The notes beneath the pieces were generated by a model, which saw only the letters and a program-made list of their open reading frames with translations, was not told where the DNA came from and did not search any database. 64,000 nt of DNA, from NCBI RefSeq assembly GCF_002113885.1, contig NW_018404676.1, positions 441,453-505,452 of the forward strand, given 5' to 3'. The stretch comes from Mizuhopecten yessoensis. Lineage: Eukaryota. Shown here piece by piece: positions 54,101-63,100 of this stretch (within the stretch, counting starts at the first letter, position 1; each line of letters starts with the position of its first letter). A program made the position numbers and the translations under genes.

Positions 54101-57100
54101 CTCACCACCAATAAAAAATAAGAAAAAAATAAACACACAAAGTAAAGATTTTATTGCGCCGTATTGCCATTTCGTCCTTAAAAGACTCATCAAGGTTAAA
54201 AATCTGATAAAAAAAACATGTTAAAAGTGTTCCGATCATGAAGAAAACTGCGAGATGTATAGAACCCTTTGCTACAACAGACAATATATACCAAAAATAC
54301 GATTTCATGTTAACTCTGCCAAAATAAATTCGAGCTACAAGGCCAACCTCAGAGAATATATATATATCTGATAAACCACAAGCAGAGCCAACCACCGTGT
54401 TACGTTGAATAATCACTACAAAGCCGAAATAAGATGTGTTCTTATTTTTTCCTGTAATGCATATAATAACACAGTCGTAGCACCTAAAACAGATTGCCCT
54501 TTCTATGACACACTTTTTCATGTGTTAAGATAAAAATACAAAACGCTTATCCCGATTTTCACTCAATAGATGATCTGTGTGCATCAAAAACATGTAACAA
54601 CGGTGGTGTCTGCATTATACGAGACAGCAGTGCCTTCTGTCTGTGTCCCCCGGGTAAACAAGGGAGTGACTGTGCTGTTGGTAAGTAAGTTTTTCTTACT
54701 ACATACAAAATGTGACATGACAGTTTTTCCTTGTTTGTATTATTGCTTTAAACGTATAGACTTATTCTTTCATGATACAAATATTCTGAAAGCACAACAT
54801 TTCTCCTCAAGTTCTTCTTTGCTTGTTAAATTGCTTAGTATCATGAAATTACCACCGTAATAAAAGCAGGAATTGTATCATCTGATGTTAAACCTATTAT
54901 ATTGATTTCTTTAATGTTGAATACAACTAGAAAGTTTTAGATAGATCTATTCACTTAAGATTTCGAAATCGATATGTCTGTAGCTTTCTTTTTTAATGTT
55001 CATTGTCTTGTTGATTAATGATTCAATATTCCAAAACAATAGGGAAAAGGGAACACACGTGCAAAAAAAAAGTATAGATATGTATATGGAATCCACTTTT
55101 ATTAAGTTTCTCAAAACTAACAATTGTTTCAGATGCCTCTACTCCTATACCGGGATCACCTTCCGGAACAAACGTAAGCGTTCTACCTTACCAACCGTTA
55201 ATAAAGCAAATAATAGGAAATGTATGGCAAGCCAACTTAACATTTATTCAAGGAGCAATGTCGATCCTGTATTTCAAAAAAAAAGCATATGAGATATCTT
55301 ATATACTATATAAGATATCTTATATCATATATAAGAAAAACGAAACAAAATGTCGAAAATGAAGTCTCCCCGTCCGGAATATCTCGAGGATCTACATAGG
55401 GACAGTAGGCTTGTTGTAACAACACGTGTTCCTTTCGCCGCCATTATGTCTGAGCCCACTTCAAGAGTGCGGGAAATGGCAGCCTCTGCTTTGGCGCTAT
55501 AAGAGAGACAAGGCGAGCTCAATGCAATCCTGATTGTGCTCCGAATGATTCTCGAGGGAGAAATTAGTTTCTGGTTTTTAATGCCACGAAATCTCATTCT
55601 ATATCAGATATCTTATATAGCAACGAGATTTCAATTATATAAGATATCTTATATAATATAAGAGATATCTGATATATATGAGATATCTTATATAGAAAAT
55701 TAAATGAGATATCGTATATGCGATATAAGATATCTTATATAGTATATATGATATCTTATATACTTATATAAGATACCTCATTTAATTTCTATATGAGATA
55801 TCTCATATAGTATATAAGATATCTCATATAGTATATAAGATATCTTATATCGTATATAAGATATCTTATATCTTACAACAAGTGTTTTTTTGAAATACAG
55901 GATCGGCATTGCTCCTTGAATAAATGTTAAGTTGGCTTGCCATAGAAATGACTTCGATATCGCTTGTTCGTCGTCATTTGAAATATTTGTATAGACAGGA
56001 AACAATACGCTATGTAAATAACTATTTGCAATTTTTTGAATTCTTTGTTGATGGCGTAATAACTGATAACATTCTACATTGTAATATATATAACAGTGTA
56101 TCTGTATTAATGGAAAAAACCCAGTAAAATTAATATGATAAAAAAAAAAATCATGTATCTGAACAGAAAATGTATAAAGGGGCTTACTCTTGAAGTCTAG
56201 AATTATATCTTTTGCCGAGTATGATATAATTTTGGCGTATCGACATTAACATAATACAAATTATATCTAAACTCAACTCAGAAAGACCAGAGCATGACAT
56301 ATCTTGCGATCATACCATTATGTTCAATATATTGAATACAGTGCATTTAAATAGGCAATACAACCATATACTTGAGAATGTTGCTTGTCTTAAATGCTAA
56401 GATATACCATGCTATGTAATAGGAGAACACATTGTTTCCAATAGATAAATAGTGCATGTTAGTAAACATATTGGTCATCTACACGTAACTAAGAGCTGTA
56501 CGATTAATGTTACGCCGTGTTTCTTTATAAGACTGACCCCAGATTCGTCGATACAGTGCTACCAAAGAGAATATCATGCACGGTTGGTGAAGAATGTAAG
56601 ATTCAAGTACCCGTGGCAGGATCATCGGTGACATCGTATGTATTCAGTTAAATTATGGATTAAAATTCAGTGTTTCTTGTTGCTTTTATAAAGTAGATGT
56701 TCAATGGGATTTTTCTAAAACAATCAAATAATAAGCCTATCATCGTATATAAAGTACAATTTTGTCTCACTTTCGAAACTGTAGAAGTAATGTTCAGTTT
56801 GGACATCTGGACAATGGAGTGACTCCTGGATCCGCCACTGTTGACCCGTCTGTAGTTTCCACTGACCAACACCTAGCCACATTTCCATTCACACCGACTA
56901 GTGCTGGGGATAAACGTGTTTGTCTGCAGACAAAAGAAACATTACAGTAAGTTATTAATCTACACGTTTTCACATATATATAATATTTATAACTATATTA
57001 TATTTACTTCTTCAATTGGTTTTTAAAATGTCTTAAACAACACAGTTTATCGCTAAGCTACACATAATTAAAATGTACCTGTATATTACTTTATCTACAC

Positions 57101-60100
57101 TTATAATCTCTGCTGCATCATTTATTTGCTGTTGATGTTGTTATTTGGAGTGTTTTCTTTGTTAAGGCATCTGTATATTAAATTCCCGTTGTGAAATAGA
57201 ACGCTAATTATGTTGTGATGTAAGGTAGTTACATAACAATATATTGTATAAATTCAATAGAAATGTGGACGAGATGTGCTTTATCGTGGATGCCAAATCG
57301 CCGCCTGCTGGTGAGTAGATTTAGACATAGTATTATTTTCATTCATTGTGAAAATAACTGACGAACAATGTACCTACCTTAAATGTAAACTGGAAAAATA
57401 GGTTATCACTAGGAAACATCGATCGACAATGTGTATTGTGTGTTTTGGTCTCATATCTGGTATATTTGTCTCTTGTGAAGTCGTTTTGCAGACTTTCAAA
57501 GTAGTTAAAAAACGTCTAAGCTGTTACGAAAATCAATATATAGCTAAATTCAAACCGATGAGTTCCGGAAAAAAGCAGCAAAACAGTCTTTGTTTCATGA
57601 ATCTTTATTTACTGTACATTTAAAAAATAAAAAGACATCATGTTTATTTGATCATATATGTATACTTGTATATTTTAGGGATAACGACACATCCTGATAT
57701 TACAAAGGTAATTATAGCTGTACAATGTGTTTCGTGAGGATCATACGATTTAACTTTGAATAACATGTATTTAACGAAAACAAACATAGCAATTAGGGTG
57801 TACATTTGTTATACCGCAGCCTGAAAAATGATATAAAAAGAATCAATGCTTGTATATTTTTACATCAAGAAATTGAAATTATACACTAATTCAGAAACAA
57901 ATAAAAGTGTTTTTCCGTATTATTTCACAGCCGCAATTTTCATCTCCATCGCTACCGGACAATTCTGTTGTGGAATGTAAGGCTGGTGCTACATGTCATA
58001 TTCACCTTTCGACAAATCCTGGAGGTTCAGGAAACAACTGGTAAATATTCGGCAGGATTCATAACATCTCATTCTGTGCAAGTTATAGTGTTTGCGCATT
58101 CTGTTGTTTTATATTGTATCGTCTGCAAGCAAGATTTTTCAAGTTTATTAGTTTAAACTGTATTTATTTCTGGTAATATACAATACATTATATTTTTGAT
58201 ATATATAATCAACAACGAATCGGAAACAAGTACTAGGTACCTATACAATGTCCGTTTCGTTAGGTTAGATATACGATACTGACAGCAGATATAGTAATCA
58301 TTAAATCATATTGAAATAATTAAGTTCTAATGCACATACTTAAAATAATTTCGTAGAATGGCAGAAATATAAAGTATATTAGTTCATTTAATGTGGTTGT
58401 ACAAGGTATGACCAAACTCTTCACATTTTACTGATATAATATTCAAACAATTTGTCATTTTAGATTGAGAAACGATCATTCATTTCATTTTATCGAGAAA
58501 TGTTGTGTTCCACCAAGACATGATGCAAATTTAAATGGAAAAAACAACAGGTCAACTTCGACCGCTACTGTGTATGTGCTTACTACATAGCATTTCTGAT
58601 TAAATTATATGCCCCGTTTAAGCATAGGCACGATGCGCAACTATTTTTATAACTACAACGGGACACGTGTAATGGAGACACCGGTTTAGAGAGTTCTGTA
58701 CCTTTCAGTGTGGAGTTAAAAAAAAAGGGCATAAACAGTAGCTTTTCCAGATTGCAACAAATGACTGCATACTTTGTGGTGTTTAATCAATTTATCGTAT
58801 CATTGTAGTCCTGATATAGTGCAAACCGTCAACGGACAGATGCATAATGTCCACGTATTCAAGACAACCCAAGCTGTCAGTGTAACAAACCCTGTATGTC
58901 AATCTACTGTAACCCTTGCGCCAACCAATAGTCAGATAGGAGACCAACATATCTGTTTGAAACCAACAACAAGCAGGTACAAACACTTTTTTGTCTTTCC
59001 CATTATATTTCAGTGTCTTTGATATCGGTGTATTGAGTCCTGAATTCGTGGTATGTTAATTTTGTGCTGTCACTATTATATTATGTTCATCGATATTTAT
59101 AGACACATCTCTGTTGTATATCACATTTGTTTCTGTCTTACATTAAAAACTGAAATATTCATGCATAAATAAAAGTATAGAGAGGAATAATTATTGCCAA
59201 AATAACACTTCTAAAAAATAACACTGAAACGTGTTTATTGAATAAGATCAATTCATTTTCAGTAAACAAGGCAAAAGCAAATGTTTTACTATCAAGGTGA
59301 CAGACCCAAACAATGGTGCATCAACAGGTAAGTGATGTCGTTATATGTGACACATATTTATAAACTACAAAAGTAAGATTCCATAAACAGTAATCGGACC
59401 TGTCAAATACCCAAGGAATTCTGGTTTGAAATTACTATTAACTTTTCATATTACGCAAAAAAACAACAAAAAACCCCCAAAAAACATGACATTACTTTAG
59501 AACACATGTGAACAAATTAGAATAAAAGTAAGTTACACGTTTGAAATAATGTTTTATTTCACTTGATTACCCGTCTTCATCACTTTATACGTTTTGAATA
59601 TTAGGGGGGCCATGTCAGTCTACCCATTGTCATAACGGAGGAACATGCGAGATTGACTTCACAAGATCCACGCCTACAGCAAAATGTGTTTGTACGGCTG
59701 GCTTCCAAGGGCCGACCTGTGATGCTGGTATGATGTCGATTTCTCATATACACACTTACAATCATATCCTTATCGCTCCCATTTGTTATTACCACAATCT
59801 TCATTATCAATAAAATCGTTTTTTTTAACAGGAATTGCCTGCGGTAGCACGAACTGTCAAAATGGTGGAGTATGTGTCGTACAAAATAGCCAACCTGTTT
59901 GTGTGTGTCCTCCAGGAAAAATCGGAACACTATGCGCCAATGGTATTATTGTTATACAATTAATGGATGTCTGTAACATTTAATTATCAGATTCGCGTAA
60001 TTATTTTATGAAGCTTTTTTATTATTTTTATAAAAAATGTTAAAATGAGCTTAAATGTTTGTTTACCATTGCAGACGGATCAACCCCTATTGCGGGATCC

Positions 60101-63100
60101 CCTTCGGTACCCTCGGTATGTGTAATACTTGCCAAATTACCTTATTAATTATTTCCTGAATTCTTCCATAATGTGTAGTGTCTGGTGTCATAATATGTAG
60201 TTTCTGGTGTCATAATGTGTTGTGTCTGGTGTCAAATTAAATATTCTTTAACCAACAACTCTCATGTTCGAAGATACAGATTTACTGACGTCGGTCACAT
60301 CTTGTGTTGTGAATTAACCATACATTTGGTTATTTAGTTTGTTTATTTATTTATTTACAGGGGGTCCCCATTTTTGTTGATACAGCGTTACTGAAATCAA
60401 TCACTTGTGTTATCAATCAACCGTGTGCTATACCGCTTCCTGTTACAGGTTCTGCCATCACACCGTAAGTACGGGTACATTATCAAGGTCTCGAACTACT
60501 TTATAGTATGTGATTTAGACAATTAGCAATCTTTCTTTATTCGACTAATGAAGAAAATAAACTGTTAAAACTATTTCTGTAATCGGATATATCTTTTTCA
60601 TTATTCTGTATTTCTACAAGAAATACAAATTGATTGGAGCTTTAGCATTCAAAGAAACACTTTTATCCGTCTGACGAAAGAGACGTTGCTCATTTTGAGT
60701 TAAACTGATTTCAATGATATACCTGATATTACGAACATTTTAAACGTTTGATAACCTTCATCTTCTGTCATATATTTTGGTAGTTATATAAAAATAATAA
60801 AGTATAATCTGAAAGGTAATCAAACATAGCGTGTATATCTATAGCTATTCAAAGTTGATTTTTATCCGATTTTAACAACATTGACTAAGCAGACGACAAC
60901 TGATGAAATTATCATTATTAGATTTAAATGTCATATTTCAGTGTGTCTAAATTTTGCTTGTCAACTGTCTGTTCAATACAGATTTTTTTTTGTCACAGAT
61001 CTGATTTGCAGTTTGGTCAAGTTGACACTGGTATCTCAACGGGACCAATATCTGTTGGCCAGACACTCGGTAATCAAAACATGGCAAGCTTCGTGGTCAC
61101 TCCGACAATGTCAGGAAAAAAACATGTCTGCATGCAAACAAAGACGACAACATCGTAAGTACAGCACAATCGCAACAAAATCTAATCACCGTTTCTAATA
61201 CTTTATACCTCGTATTGAAAGGATGATCATATTTGTAAATATTCGAATTAAAAATATATAGATATAAATGCAGGTGGTGTCTTTGACCTCAATTTTGTTA
61301 TCAATTTGTTGGTGACAACCTACTAAAAACATCGCTACTATTTATCAATCTTAGTTCAAGCCATCGAAAATGCTTAAAAAATCCTGTTAAAATATGTAGG
61401 TGGCGACTATTGGTGAATGGCCTAAATAATATTTAGTGCAATATTTTTCCTTTTTTCTATTTATTATTTTTATCAAAAAAAAAAAAGAACAACAACAACA
61501 ACAACAATGATGAATGGCTCGGTGCCAAGCACCATATATACGATATAGAGCAAAAAAAAATTATATATACATATAATAATAAATTCAACAACCACATGCA
61601 TTCTAACTACTCACAAACTAACAAAAAAAAGGAATGCTAATGAATTATAATAATTGTAATAATAAGACAAAGTGAAGAGCCAAACCTGAGTACAAAAAAC
61701 AAAAACAAAAACAAAAATGTTTTAAGTTTAAACAAATTTATTTCAGGTTGTAAAACCAAAAGAAATTAAATTTTAAGAACATTTTACAAAATAAAGTTCA
61801 AGAAAAGTATGAGAGACATCGTTTGTATTGAAAGACAAAATGTATGAGAGACATCATCTGTATTGTGAAAAGTTGTAGAAAATTATTTAAGCTGTACGTC
61901 TAAATGAAAAGAAAAGTATGAGAGACAACATCTGTACCATGTACTCTAGTGCTTCTTAACAGTTTGTTCTGAAAACATGTATAGAACATGTGGTGATCAT
62001 ATAAACTTGTTAGTACAATGTTGTAATTCATCTTAAGGTTGTTCTTAAACGGTTACAAATTTCACTTATGTTTCATTGATGTTTAATCTATTTATTGAAG
62101 TTTTGTATTCATTTTTTCTCAATATGAATGTTAATAATAAAATTATAATTAAACAAAAAAACAACAAAAAAAACCCATTTTTTTTTAATGCAATAACGCC
62201 ACTATAATCCTGATATCTTACCTGAGTTAAAACTGTCAATTTTTTTTTCTCTATCTTTTCTTTCCTTTTTTATATTAACATATTTGTGACGAAACTTGTT
62301 GTTATATAGTGTCAGTAAAGTTATATGACAGGATAAAATGTGCCGGGGACTTGTCTGGTACACCGTACCTATGTGTTATACGTATATTTGTAGTATGAAT
62401 TTTGCGTTAAGCACACGCACGGTAATCGATAATTAGCTACCTCAAAATTGTTTAGTCCTAATCAATCAAACAATCGTTGGATGCTTTAAATTACACACAT
62501 AAAAACATACTCTTCAACATTGTAACAACGTATATACATTGTAGAAATGTAGATGAGGTGTGCGTGGAAGTGAATGCTGTATCGCCTCCCTCGTTGGGTA
62601 AGTCTGATAAGTTGATTCCATGTAAACATATTTAAGACATAAATATTATCTTGTATCGTTTTTGGGTAACCTATGTTTATCATAATATGGTGTTGTGTAC
62701 ATTCAAATATCTTTGTCAATGTTTTTATTTCAATTTGTTAATGTTATTTTATAAATGAAATTTGGAAGAAAATTAGATTATTACTGGCGCTAGGTAAAAA
62801 CAAAAAAACGTCCTTGATCCAACACATCACTGCACAAACTATCTCTGTCTTTATCTATAATATAGGTAGTCTTCCGCCGGGCCCAAGTTCCAGTAAGGTA
62901 TGTACTATAAAATTAACAGTCTATAGCCTACATTATTATTCACTGATATATTTAACTCTTTTATATTCAGGAATAAACTTGCTGCTCGAATGTTTTTCAT
63001 GATTTCTATTTTCTTGATTTATTTGATAGCCCCAGTTTACGTCGCCGTCTATACCGGACAATTCTATTGTTGAATGCAAAGCCGGATCTACGTGTTACAT

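Noticed and set aside
54102-54521. 139-aa minus-strand ORF and other short hydrophobic ORFs in introns
   Set aside because: Low-complexity F/I/L/Y composition expected from AT-rich intron DNA, with no domains.
19062-59942. Calling the gene Notch, Delta/Jagged, crumbs or fibropellin
   Set aside because: EGFs are dispersed in small groups among unrelated modules, and no DSL, LNR, laminin-G or CUB domain is seen. No gene symbol assigned.
62310-62330. Acceptor candidate for exon c of module 14
   Set aside because: Immediate in-frame TGA; 62545-62597 fits the motif and phases instead.
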